From Perna viridis (taxonomy: Eukaryota): 64,000 bases of DNA. The stretch covers positions 53,609,195-53,673,194 of the forward strand of contig CM074513.1 of assembly GCA_037379345.1 (NCBI GenBank), read 5' to 3'. The position numbers and the translations under genes are program-made. Positions 1 through 11,989 of this stretch are shown here, piece by piece. How positions within the stretch are numbered: position 1 is the stretch's first letter; every line of letters starts with the position of its first letter. The notes under the pieces are model-generated. The model was given only the letters and a program-made list of their open reading frames with translations. It had not been told where the DNA came from and searched no databases.

Positions 1-24
1 TAGAGGAAGGTTTGTTTTTTGCAG

Positions 25-3000
25 ATTTATCAACCATAATAAGTTACAGATCATCCCAGAAGGTAACTAGAATACTATAAGCAGACTTACATAAATGGTA
101 TCTCCTGCATCCATGAGGATTCTAACATGTAAATGTAAGGTGGTTAAAAAGGTGTAAGGTACAAGACTGTAAGTAAAATCATCTCCTCTTGCAGTAATTC
201 AACAATAGTTTTTTTGGTTTTTTCACATCTACATAATGGTGACTGATTTTCCTATTTGAAATTTGCATCAAAGTTTGATGAAATGTGAGGTGGAGTTGTC
301 TTGAACATACTTAAACCCTTAAGTTGGAATAGATTCACTTTCAGTTATTTTAAAGTAATTAGTGTTAGTTTTGTAATTCTGCATAAAGCAGCTTGTTTTC
401 CATTTAGCTGTTCAGAAATTGAACTTACAAGACATATGGATAGACAGACAATTGAGCAAGGTGATTTCTATTTACCCTACCTTTTTAGAAGGCATTATAT
501 TAAAATGACCATTATTACAAAGTTTTTATATACCACTTATCTAACACATTCATTTATTATACTAAGTGCTTTACATTTCATATGAAAATAAATAACATTT
601 TAAAAAAATAAGTACAGATCAATTTATTTATAATTAAAACATATATTAAATATAAAGATAAGCATTTAACCAAAATGAAAGATGTGGGGGAAAAAAAGGA
701 AATATTGAAGCTAAAAATATTCTCATGTGCAAATAGAAACTTAAAATGAAATAGCTGAAATGATAAAATCAATTTATACATGTATTAAACTTTAAGTCTT
801 AATTATGACACAGGATCATGAAATTAGAAAGCAAGAGTACATGTTGTATTTGCAATAAAAAATATAAAACAAATTACAAAAACACTAGTCCGAATTTCCT
901 TTGACCCTGCAACCGTCCTCTTTTTTATTTGGATATTGATATGTCGGGTTGGGTTTATATCAATATCCAAATAAAAAAGAGGAGGGCTGCAGGGTCAGAG
1001 GAAATTCGGACTACAAAAACGCCTAGCTATGTAATTATTCTCAGTTTGGTGCAGAGTATGCATGATGTGGAAATGATTAATAAAATGTTACTATGTATTA
1101 TTATTTTCATTTCCAAGGAAAATAAATTTGTTGTAATAAAAATTCTAGTACTGGTAGTATATTAACTCTGCGATAAGACTTGTATTTTTTTTTCAGCAAT
1201 AGGAGATTTGGTTAATTTAGAGACTTTGAATGTTGCTGGAAATAAAATAGCTTCTCTGCCTAAAAACATTAAGAATTTACAGAAACTACAGAAATTGGAA
1301 TTATACAACAATATTCTACAGACACTACCACCCTGTAAGTTAACAGCATATTCTCAGACACTACCCTCCTGTAAGTTAACATGATATTCCACAGACACTA
1401 CCCTCCAGTAAATTAACATGATATTCTACAAACACTACCATCTTGTAAATTAACATGATATTCCACAGACACTACCCTCCAGTAAATTAACATGATATTC
1501 CACAGACACTACCCCTGTAAGTTAACATGATATTCCACAGACACTACCATCCAGTAAATTAACATGATATTCCACAGACACTACCATCCTGTAAATTAAC
1601 ATGATATTCCACAGACACTACCCTCCAGTAAATTAACATGATATTCTACAGACACTACCCCCTGTAAATTAACATGATATTCTACAGACACTACCCTCCA
1701 GTAAATTAACATGATATTCCACAGACACTACCCTCCAGTAAATTAACATGATATTCCACAGACACTACCCTCCTGTAAATTAACATGATATTCCACAGAC
1801 ACTACCCTCCAGTAAATTAACATGATATTCCACAGACACTACCCTCGAGTAAATTAACATGATATTCTACAGACACTACCCTCCTGTAAATTAACATGAT
1901 ATTCCACAGACACTACCCTCGAGTAAATTAACATGATATTCTACAGACACTACCCTCCTGTAAATTAACATGATATTCCACAGACACTACCCTCGAGTAA
2001 ATTAACATGATATTCTACAGACACTACCCTCCAGTAAATTAACATAATAATTGATCAGTATGAACTTGTTGTATGTCATATGAGTGATAATTTTTTTATT
2101 ACTTGTTCATTTGGACTGTTTACTGTAAAATAATGAAGTTTCAATGGCAAATTTTCAGCCCAAAATGATGGTGGCAAACTTATGGATTAAGTTATTAAAG
2201 GAAACCATTAGTCATTACATAAGCCATGATTCCTCTTGATTTTAAGCATTTGAATTGCTTATGCAATATACAAATTCTCTGTACATATATAATTCATGAC
2301 CCATTTGGTCCTTGTCTGTGACTATGTCTGAGCAGCATCTTTGTCTGTGTCATTGTCAACATCGGTAGACACTTGGTTTTTGTGAAAGAATTTTATTTCA
2401 GGCTAGTGTGTCTTGATAAAAATTTATAACAAGAAAATTTCAAAAAAAGAAGGTTTTAATTTTTGGGGTCACTGCCCTACCCCTTTAGAAATTATGGACC
2501 AGAAAGTTGCCAAAACAAGCACTTCATGAAGTTCACCTACATAACTCTTGTTTAAGTGTTTAATTGCAAATACCTAAATTCTTTAACTACTTATATTCTA
2601 GTCAGAATATTATGCTGTGTCAAAAAAGGGATTCACAATTCAAATTCAGACCTGTATGAAGTTATGAATGTTGTGCCCGTACTTGTTCCAACTGTTAAGG
2701 AAATAAAAAATTACCAAAAAAAACTTTCAACCTCTTTGTTTGTATCAAGCTGTGTGCTGGGCATCTTAGTTTGTTGTGTTCCACATTTGTTTCAGACCTC
2801 GTTTGAATTGAGTTTTATTGTTTGTCATGTGTTAAATGTTGTTTGCATTTGCTACATGTAGGGAGTGTTATGGAAAATCAGACTTGTTCGACTCCTCTAT
2901 CCCAAATTAGGAACCTCTGCCTGAAGGGGTAATTTGCAGTTTCAGGGGCCAGAGGAAGGCACACTTTGGGTGTTAGTCATTTTTCACCATTCATTGAATT

Positions 3001-6000
3001 ATCATAGACTGCTTTAATTTGGCAGTTTAATAGGATTGTTGTCTCTTTGATTCATTCCCACTTTCTTCTCTGTTGCAATGGTTTGTTTGTTTGTTTGTTT
3101 GTTGGGGTTTAACGTCCGAGCAGCAATATTTTAGTTATATTCAGACGATGGACATGAAATTGATGATAAAATGAACATGAAATGATGATGAAATGAAAAA
3201 GGGATGGGACACAAGGACAATGGGGTCGACAAATTTTGATTGCCACTGGAAATAGGGAGAGGTGGGTAGGGTCGGGCAATTTAGCCTCCTGTGGCGGAGC
3301 CCTATGGTTCCTACTCCGGGAGAATATCACAGTAGGGTTCTTTAACGTGCGACGAACGTGGCATCTTTCCCCAACATGGTGCACCACTATGGTTTGCGGT
3401 CAGGTTTTCCATATTATAGCCTGACAACCCCAGCATGTAACACGCCAGGGGTACCCCATTCCACCACCTGGGGCACACATCCCAGTTGCTCTGTGGGCAG
3501 AGGGCCCTAGCCCCCGGCTAGGGTTCTGAGCACTATTTAGTCGCCTTTTACGACAAGCTTAGCGCTGTTGCAGGCCTATCCTTTTAACACCCAGACCTAC
3601 ACGGGGCCTGTTGCAATAGAAAACAATGCAAAGAAGTAATATCAGACATTTTACTTTGGGTAAATTTTAATTGATTCGAAATATAAATCTTTATTTTAAT
3701 ATATATTTCATTCATTCAATTCAACTTTTGGAGTCTTAATTAATTAAGTGGTATTTATGACATATATCTTTCTGTTCATTATAGGCATTGGTAACTTGTC
3801 AGAACTAATGGTCCTTGTAGCAGCTAACAACTGCCTGTGCAGCATACCTGTAGAATTATCAAAGTGTAAAAAACTTGTGACCTTGAACTTTGATAATAAT
3901 AGATTGACTTTTCTTCCCAGGCAACTTCAGAGTCTTGATAACTTAGTGGAGTTATCTGTCAATGGCAATAATCTCTATATTTTACCACAAGGTAAGCCTT
4001 AAGGGAATTTGTTTACATGTGAGGGTAAAAAATGCTTGAAATTGTTATGATTTTCAAAGTTTGTTTTTTATAATGGAATTACATGTCAAAATGTAAATGT
4101 AACTTTTACTACATTTATCTGCCTACAACATAATAAACCTATCAGGAGAACAATTCAATTGTATATGAGGGAATTTGTTCGAAATTACAGAACATGCACA
4201 TGCAATGACAATCATATTGTATTATTTCATTCATCTGCTGTTTGAAATGATCAGAATTGTTTGTGTAGTAGGGAAACAGATCAATGAAGTTTGATATTTA
4301 ATCCTTTTCCTTGTCACAGTCTTGTGCATCTCAGACATAGAGCAAATTGTAGGAATAGTAACATAAACATATGATGTAATACATTCTTGACATCCTGAAT
4401 ATAAAAAATGGCAAAAGTATGTATTCAAATCAGACAGAAATGACCTAATCACCATCCTTCTGTTGAAAATATTTGGTATTTGACAATGAGTGACAATTTT
4501 TTTTTATAGAAATTGGTAATATTGATTGTCTATATGCTATATACGTGGACAAGAATGCCAGACTGTTTACCCTCCCAGCTTCTACTATTGACAAAGAGAT
4601 AGGATATTATAGGTAATTTATATACTCTCCACACATATATTATTACCAAAGAAATATGACATTACAGGTAATTATACCCTCTTAGCTTCTACGGTTGACA
4701 CATAAGTAGGATGTTATAGGTCATTATACCCAGGTTCTGTTATTGACAAAGAAACATGATACTATAGATAATTTTGTCCTCTCAGCTTCTACTATTGAAT
4801 ATAAAAATTATCTTGAATTTTGGATGCATTTTGAAAGGTCCCATACAACAAAAGGAAGGTATCATTTATTGTTGATAGTTATGGTCTTTAGACATATGCC
4901 TATTATACAGTTTTGTTGAAATTGTTGAAAAAGTAACAAAAATTTTTTCAAGATCCTGAACTTCCTACATAGGAGATCACGCTGCAGTACCTGACATGTA
5001 TTCTGTTACAACCATTTCTATCACGTGACCATGTGACCAGGTGCTGCAAAACATTTTATTACTTATCAGATAAATGTTTCAAATTCTGAAAAACCTACCT
5101 TTCCTCTTCACATTTCTTTGCCAAACTTCTGCTTAACCACATGTCATTTTCAACTCTCTTAACTCATTTTCAACTGTCCTTTGCTATGTTATTTTTGGTT
5201 GGCCTCTTGGACTTTTACCTTGTTGTGTCTGAAATAATTAATGGTTTATTTATTTTGTTGTTCTAACAATATTTAACTTAAGAGAATTTATCATATAAAA
5301 AATTAAGCTTAGATATTTATTCTTTAATTAATTTCAGTTGTGCCACAACACCTATCCCAGGAGATTTACTGGAGAATATAAGCCATATCTATATACAGCA
5401 TTCTATAACTGAGAAGATACCCCTTGTATTACCTCCAGAGTTAAGCCATGTTTTAGATACTAAGGACTGTGTTCCAACATTGGTAGAATTAGCATTGAGA
5501 AAGTGCTCTGAGTGTTCATGTGGCAGAGGTATGTATAGTGTACTTTTGATTGTCGATTTTCAGCCACTGAAAAAGATGTACCATATGTCTTTATATTTTA
5601 AATTTATGTTGTTTTTTTTTACCAATATGGAAATAATCGATTTCACACATTTAAAATATATAAAACAATATTATGCTTTCCAATATCATACCAAAATATT
5701 GTCTGTTCATACGTGAGGTCTTATTTATGGAAACAAATATTTACCATATGATTTTTTTATTCGTGTATTTTATGAAATAATTCATTTATAGCAGATGTTT
5801 TATATTTTTGATGGGGTGCTTATTTTAGCATATTTTAGTAGTCTGTCTATAAACCATACCTGTTAACCTTTGAAACAGTTCATGTGGGAGATTCTTATTA
5901 AAAAGCAATTTTTTTATGTAAAAGTGCAATTATTTAGTAAAATATGGTAAATATAGTAATTTTAAGCAAAAACATCCCACAAGTCTTACATTTTTATGTG

Positions 6001-6864
6001 CAAGGTTCTAAATAGACTCCCTCCTAATGTGGGAGGGTTAACAGGTATGATAAACATCAAAATTAATTCTGTGCAATATTACTCTGAATACTTAGTATAC
6101 AACTTAGCAACTGCTAAAATAAGAATTGGCAAAATTTTTAGCATTTCTTTCTTTCCTTAAAATCACAAAATTTTACACCTGCTTAAAAAACCTGACACAT
6201 TGTTGTAGCAGTTTGCAGTGATGAGTTCTGAGAGTGAAATTACAGAAATTATTTCACTTATAATTTATCAAAATTTATTACATATTTGATAATTCACTGT
6301 TATCTATATAATGAACAAAGGTATTTAACATTTTTCCATCCATGCAAAACCAGACAGGATAGTCAAGGATGTTAAAAAAACCCTCAGTCAGTAACACATT
6401 TTAAAATATAATTTGACTTGCACATAGACAATCAGGATGAAAATGTAGCTTCATCTCAGCTTTCAATGTCAGAAATTTAAATCGTGGCAAGAGTATCTGA
6501 AATTGTAGTCAAGGAAAATATATAAAGAATCATAGAGTTAAAGCAAAACATTCTTTGTCCGTACTTCAATACCATAATTATACAGTATAACCATTTTCTT
6601 TCAGATAAAAAGTTTAGTATTCCACAAGATTTGTCTTCCCTATTGGCTTGTCCCACAGCAACATGTGAAATGTGTAATAGTAACATATTCACCTCGGGTT
6701 TTCCAGTTGTCTACAAACATACGTACCATTCTGTGTATCTTCTTGGACTGTGCTGTAGTCTTGCCTGCACAAAACAATGTTATTTTACAAGAAAGAGACA
6801 CTTACCTGTGGTGTATCCAAGTTCTGAAGACTTACAATTAGCTCTCGTTCTTGTTTATAATTGA
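25..6864 (+). CDS. LRRC28: LRRC28-like leucine-rich repeat protein with BC-box and C-terminal Cys motifs (5' part outside window)
   Basis: Phase-compatible GT-AG exons: 25-62 (FINHNKLQIIPE), 1197-1334 (2 LRRs, IGDLVNLETLNVAGNKIASLP...), 3785-3991 (3 LRRs), 4510-4612, 5338-5528 (LVLPPEL...VPTLVELALR, BC-box-like), 6605-6864 (SIPQDLSSLLACPTATCEMC...IFTSGFP...LLGLCCSLAC, TGA). The C-terminal pattern matches my recollection of LRRC28 (LPRSLLELLHCPLGHCHRC...FVAYCCSTQC). Confidence 0.85.
886..1013. mobile_element. Fold-back MITE with TAG...CTA ends and a 9-bp TSD (AcademH- or Mutator-like)
   Basis: About 55-bp near-perfect inverted arms (tagtccgaatttcc...gatattgatat / atatcaatatc...ggaaattcggacta). 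Flanked by caaaaacac (877-885) and caaaaacgc (1014-1022). Confidence 0.8.
1311..2045 (+). repeat. 37-bp minisatellite (about 20 copies) derived from an LRRC28 exon/donor junction
   Basis: Unit ATATTCCACAGACACTACCCTCCAGTAAATTAACATG. The first copy is the exon 3' end plus GTAAGT at 1335. Confidence 0.95.
3080..3607 (-). mobile_element. SINE-like retroposon with (CAAA)n tail, 10-bp TSD, Meta-like and Deu/Nin-like cores, no tRNA head
   Basis: TSD ctgttgcaat at 3070-3079 and 3608-3617. (GTTT)n on + at about 3081-3103. The minus strand contains CTTGTCGTAAAAGGCGACTAA and GCACGTTAAAGAACCC, which I recall from conserved SINE domains. GC-rich relative to flanks. Confidence 0.75.
4571..4800 (+). repeat. 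Degenerate tandem repeat of about 50 bp (about 4.5 copies) of an LRRC28 exon end plus donor
   Basis: The unit cagcttctactattgacaaagagataggatattatag|gtaatt recurs with variants ending attacag|gtaatt, gttatag|gtcatt and actatag|ataatt. Confidence 0.75.
5855..6049. mobile_element. MITE with 14-bp TIR and apparent 6-bp TSD (hAT-like)
   Basis: catacctgttaacc ... ggttaacaggtatg, flanked by ataaac on both sides (5849-5854 and 6050-6055). Confidence 0.7.
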
Positions 6865-7704
6865 ATTTTACTCAGGATTTCCAATTAAGTTGGTACCAAT
6901 ACAAGAACTAAAGTCACTAGACTAGAAATAATTATAATTCCCAACAAAATACTTCTTGATGGTTATGATATTTGTGAAGTTTTGGTATAGATAAACAGAC
7001 TTCTTTGAATTTTGCTCAACCACACAAATTGATGTGTATAGTATTTTTCTAACTGCATCTTGCTTTATGTTTTTACAACTTTACCCATTTTACCTGGTTC
7101 TTATTGTAATAAGCTTTGGACCTGATATATTTATACATGTTATAATATTTATAATTATTATACTTGCATTGTCATTAAAAATAATTTTAAGACTACAACT
7201 CTTTTTTTTTCTCGGGCACTGTTTATATTAAGGATATGGCACTGTAGTCCAGTGATTATATTGTCATTGCATTTAGATGTCTGAACATAATTTTAGTTTT
7301 AGTTTGAAACTGTAACTCGATTAGTGTTTCAAACATTGGTATTGATTTCTTGGAATATACCAGGTAGCTCTGAACAATTGGAAATAGTGTCCAAATTTAG
7401 AAAAAATGGCGATAATGAAAATACATGTAGTGTGTATTTATTAAATTTATTACTTAATTTTGCCAATGTTGTAATGATTTCCACAGTGGCCTGATTTTAA
7501 AGGGATAGGGTTGTGATCACACCAAAGTACTTAAACCCTGCCACATTTTTTACGCCTGTCCCAAGTCAGGAATTTCTGGCCTCTGTACATCTTGTTTTTT
7601 GTTTTCAGTTTATTTTTATGTTACTTGAGTATATAGAGGCAACGCTTTCTCTATACCTGTGTATAATGATGTTTTGGGACCAGCTGCAGCCTGCCCTGTA
7701 GTGA

Positions 7705-7933
7705 GGATATGGTGAGTATATTGAAAAAGACAACCCCACTGGGATGAAAATTGTCAACTCAAGGCCACCCATCAGTCTTCAATGAACAATGAGGGAACCC
7801 TCACACTACATGGCAGGCTGCAGCTGTAGTGTGAGGGTTCCCTCATTGTTCACTGAAGACCGATGGGTGGCCTTGAGTTGACAATTTTCATCCCATTGGG
7901 GTTGTTGTCTTTTTCAATATACTCACCATATCC
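7705..7933. repeat. Long near-perfect palindrome (about 106-bp arms, 14-nt loop) within a dispersed repeat
   Basis: 7705-7810 is the reverse complement of 7825-7933 apart from a few mismatches and one 3-nt indel. Confidence 0.95.
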
Positions 7934-10841
7934 ATTCTCTTTAATATAAAAATTTTTGAAGATCTTTAAAGCAATCACTCTGCACAAGCACTCTTTCCTT
8001 GGTCTTTTTCTGAGTTTACACATAAAATATTTTGGGTACATTTATAGACAGTGCATTTTGAAGAATTTATCTTCATTAAAGAAGACATAAAATAGTATGA
8101 AACAAATCAATCTGAAAGTCAAAAGTCTTATTCAACCCTATGCTTATAAAAACAGTATAAAGAGCCTGAATCACTATATTGGCAACTTCAAAAACTTAAA
8201 GATCAGGAGTATTCATCCATTCATGCAGACATTCAATATTTTTCAACAGAATCAGAAAAATTAATGAAAAAGCTAGAAAAACTGAGAGCAAAGCACAATG
8301 AAGGATACTGCCAGTCAAAATGGATAAAATAAAAGTAATCACCAAAAAGTTGACATTAATTCAGTTTGAAATCGAATAATATGATATAGCATACCTATAT
8401 GGAAAGCTGTCAAATTATCAACTGGATCTGATAAATAATTGCAAAGAAAACTTTAACATAAAAGTTGTAAATGGAAGGACACCATAAATTGACAGTAACT
8501 CTTAAAGTATAAGTGGTACATCCAAAACATTTTGATACTACCAGAATACAAGTATGATTGGAATGGAGTGATGAAAAAACTTCTACAGTATAACAAATAA
8601 CAATATAGTAACGTCAAAAGTTTGTTAACTTTACAACAACAACAAAAAAAAAGCACTGTTTAAATTTAAACTTTTAAAAATTAATATTACACGTTACCTT
8701 CCTTTTTTTATGAGAAACTTTTTAGTACAAAATCATAATAATCGACACTATTACTGAACTTTTCTTTAGCAAAACTGAAACTTGTTTTTGTCCATAATTC
8801 CCCTAATTTCTAAGTTTCATAACACCAAGATTCAATTCCAATATCTTTTTTCATGGTATGAAACCATGTGATACAGGTATAATGATACATACACTTTAAC
8901 TCGCTTAATGTCAGCAAACCAGAAAAAAAGTTTCTGGTCCCTTTTTATTCTCTGATTCCTAAAACCTTGTAGTATGATTTTAGAGATCTATTAGCAATTT
9001 TACTCAATTTTTTTCAAAGAAAGATCTAAAATGAGGAAAAATCTTGTTTCTTGCCCCTTTTGGCACATAATTCATACATGATCAGGTCAGTCACAACCCG
9101 TAAGTACATGTACATTCCAGCCTTCCTTTTGTGATACATGTATGTCCATCAGTATAATTTCAAAGAGATGAATTCACTTATCAAATGGCCACTGACAGAT
9201 TACACTGTGACTGAAGACAGCTTGATACAATTTAATAAATGCAATTTTTGTGTATTTGATTAAAGCAGCAAAAACCTTTGATTTGGGCCCATCATGAGAA
9301 TAACTCTTACAAAGAGTTACTGACTCATATTTACCTAAAGAGATATTGTTATTCTTGCTTTCAAGATCATTTTTTCCACTTAAGTTCTTTTCTATTTATT
9401 ATGGTTTTCAAGATAGCCTAAAACTGCAAAAATTGTCATTTTTTGCTTTTCAAGCAGAATAAACCCGATTAAAAGTCATCATAAAACTAGATCCAAATGT
9501 GACCTTCATACAACCCTCCAAATTGATGAATATTTTACCTGTACCGCTTATAGCTTATACCTTTGGGGTTGTAAGTAAAATCTATGGCCCCATTTACCGA
9601 AAATTGCATTGCAGGTTATGTTTAGTGTTCAATTATTATAATTTATTTGATTTTCGAAGTTCATGTACATGTAGATACCTTTGATGCTTGTACATTTTCA
9701 ATGAATGATTTTCTTAGTGTTTTAATGAAAAAAATACTGATGACAGAAATTAAAAATGACAGATGCAAAGTGACTGCAATAGCTAACATTCATTCATTCA
9801 AATAAAAAATGTTTTTTTTTTACATTTTTTATTTTATCCAATGATAAAAATGTTTTCATTCAGCAACACAACATTAATTCAATGAATCATACTAATAGAT
9901 GAAGGCCCTATCCTTTACCTTAACATGTTACAGTAAATGAATGTCAATCATAACACTTTAATGTACTATATGAAGATCAATTAAAAAATAATCAATTATG
10001 TTAAAACAAAATAAAAATTGATCCATTGCAGACTTGCTTTTAACAATATATGAAAAATTTACACAAAGTTTAAGTTCTACATAATAAAAAAAACAATCAT
10101 TGAACCTTCTTATCTAGCTAAAGTGAATGAAAAAGAGAGGCCAGAGTGGGTCCTATGATCAGTTTGTTGTATATAAGATACACAGAGCAATTAAACTTTT
10201 ACTGAAATACAACTATTATGCATATTTTAAAACAATAAACTATTAATAACAAGAACTAAATGAGCCTGATCTTATCAAAATATCACATAATTTATGAAGT
10301 TTCAAGTAATTTTAACAGTCCTTAGGTGCATTAATATACCAATTTTCAAGTCTCCAGTTTCATGATTGAACAAAACTTGCACAACTGAATATACATGTAT
10401 GTTCATGCTCTCTGAATATCACTTAAATAAAAACAAACAATAACTTGGAAATATGTTCAACATATTATTGTAGTATTTTTAAAAACCTGAATAGAATTAG
10501 AAGAAAATCTTATGTCAAATAAAGCAAAATTTTTCTTCCAGAAATCTTAGATATAATTCATTTGAGAATTTTTGGCAATACAGTGGCTTGAGAGAAAGAG
10601 AAATCAGGTTTTAAGAAGACACAAATGCAAAATGATGGCAATAACTTAGGACTGAGATTATGAAACTGGTTCAAAATATGCATGATTTATTGTTACTTGA
10701 AGCAGTATGACACAAAATGGTTATATGTACCAATCTATGATTCCTTGCATAAACTAAAATTAATGAAATTATGCTAACTTTAAACTTTGCTGCTTTGCTC
10801 TGATTTTGTTGTGCTATGTTCAGTAAAATATACAATATAAG

Positions 10842-11879
10842 CTATGTTCCCTGTCCCTGATTATAAAATGATAGTCCTTTGGATCCTATGGCAACAGAAA
10901 CTGCATGATCAAGGAGATCATTACTATTTGTGGATGACCCTGTATTACTGGTTGGTGTATGGTCAGTTCTATTGTGTGAAGATACTGACAGAAGACAGCT
11001 TGATGAATGAGCGAGATCAGATAACACAGTCACTGGGTTACTACATGATGTCTGAGGAATGAGCCCTTGTAATTTTATGGCCTCAGATATAGCATGGTTT
11101 TCAACTAAGTTTGTCACAAATTGCTGAGGCTCTGGAGACACACCCATTTCCTCAAGAGTCTTGTTAATTGCATTGTCAACTATAGATTTAGCAATATGTT
11201 GATTCTGCCATCGTTTCAAGTACAAATTAAGTTCCTCTTCTCTTTGTCGACTTGAGATTAAAAGTCCTTCCTCCTCAATTTCAGGGTCAACACTGGTGCT
11301 AGATGGTTGAGCCATAAGACTAGTGGCATCTGAAAAACCTGACATAACGGAAATTCTTCCATCTTCCTTAGGTAAATCAGAGTCTTGTCCATCAAAACTA
11401 AAGTTGAAATTAGAACTAAGTGGACTACTTGTTCTAGAAACATTATAGATACTACTACAGCCCTCTTGTACTGATGATATTGGTGTCATGGGTGTTTGAA
11501 ATGGAGATGAATTGGTATTTTCTGTCTTATTACAGAAGGAGGACTCAATTGAGGATGATACATTCAGATTCTGTTGTTCATGTTTAGAATTAACAGTAAC
11601 AGAGCATTCCATTTCTCTCTCCAGTTTGCCATCATCTGCACACGGTAATTTATTAAGATTACATTCACACATAGAAGTACCTCCCCCTGAATTACAGTGT
11701 TGACATGTTGAAACACTGTCACAGATAACAACATCAGTTACACTAGAGAAATCTTCTTTATTACTTCGTTTTATCTGCCAAGAATAACGTGCTTTTTTCA
11801 GAGTGACTGAATCACAGTCCATATTACAACCATCCTTCCGTTTTGAGAACGTAGTATCCATTTTTGTCCACTGTACCAT
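10842..11879 (-). CDS. Uncharacterised 345-aa protein: Ser-rich middle, C-terminal amphipathic helices (AKAP-like)
   Basis: 1038-bp ORF in AT-rich DNA. A splice acceptor (tttgtttacag|) 6 nt before the ATG (exon starts 11885) implies an upstream non-coding exon. Motifs: LKKARYSWQIK, RWQNQHIAKSIVDNAINKTLEEMG, LLDHAVSVAIGSKGL. Confidence 0.85.
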   Translation of the reverse strand: MVQWTKMDTTFSKRKDGCNMDCDSVTLKKARYSWQIKRSNKEDFSSVTDVVICDSVSTCQHCNSGGGTSMCECNLNKLPCADDGKLEREMECSVTVNSKHEQQNLNVSSSIESSFCNKTENTNSSPFQTPMTPISSVQEGCSSIYNVSRTSSPLSSNFNFSFDGQDSDLPKEDGRISVMSGFSDATSLMAQPSSTSVDPEIEEEGLLISSRQREEELNLYLKRWQNQHIAKSIVDNAINKTLEEMGVSPEPQQFVTNLVENHAISEAIKLQGLIPQTSCSNPVTVLSDLAHSSSCLLSVSSHNRTDHTPTSNTGSSTNSNDLLDHAVSVAIGSKGLSFYNQGQGT

Positions 11880-11989
11880 TAAAACCTGTAAACAAAAAGT
11901 TAATAAATTGTAAACAATAAATTCTTTTGAATTTTGATTACGATAAGATATTTCACACAGGATGAATATTTGACCAGAATCAAAGACTG

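Noticed and set aside
1311-2045. CRISPR-like regular 37-bp repeats (also 50568-51095)
   Set aside because: Head-to-tail units with no unique spacers, no cas genes, and located in eukaryotic introns. These are minisatellites.
8090-8620. Purine-rich, coding-looking stretch between the convergent genes
   Set aside because: Broken by stops and frameshifts, with no splice signals and no recognisable motif.
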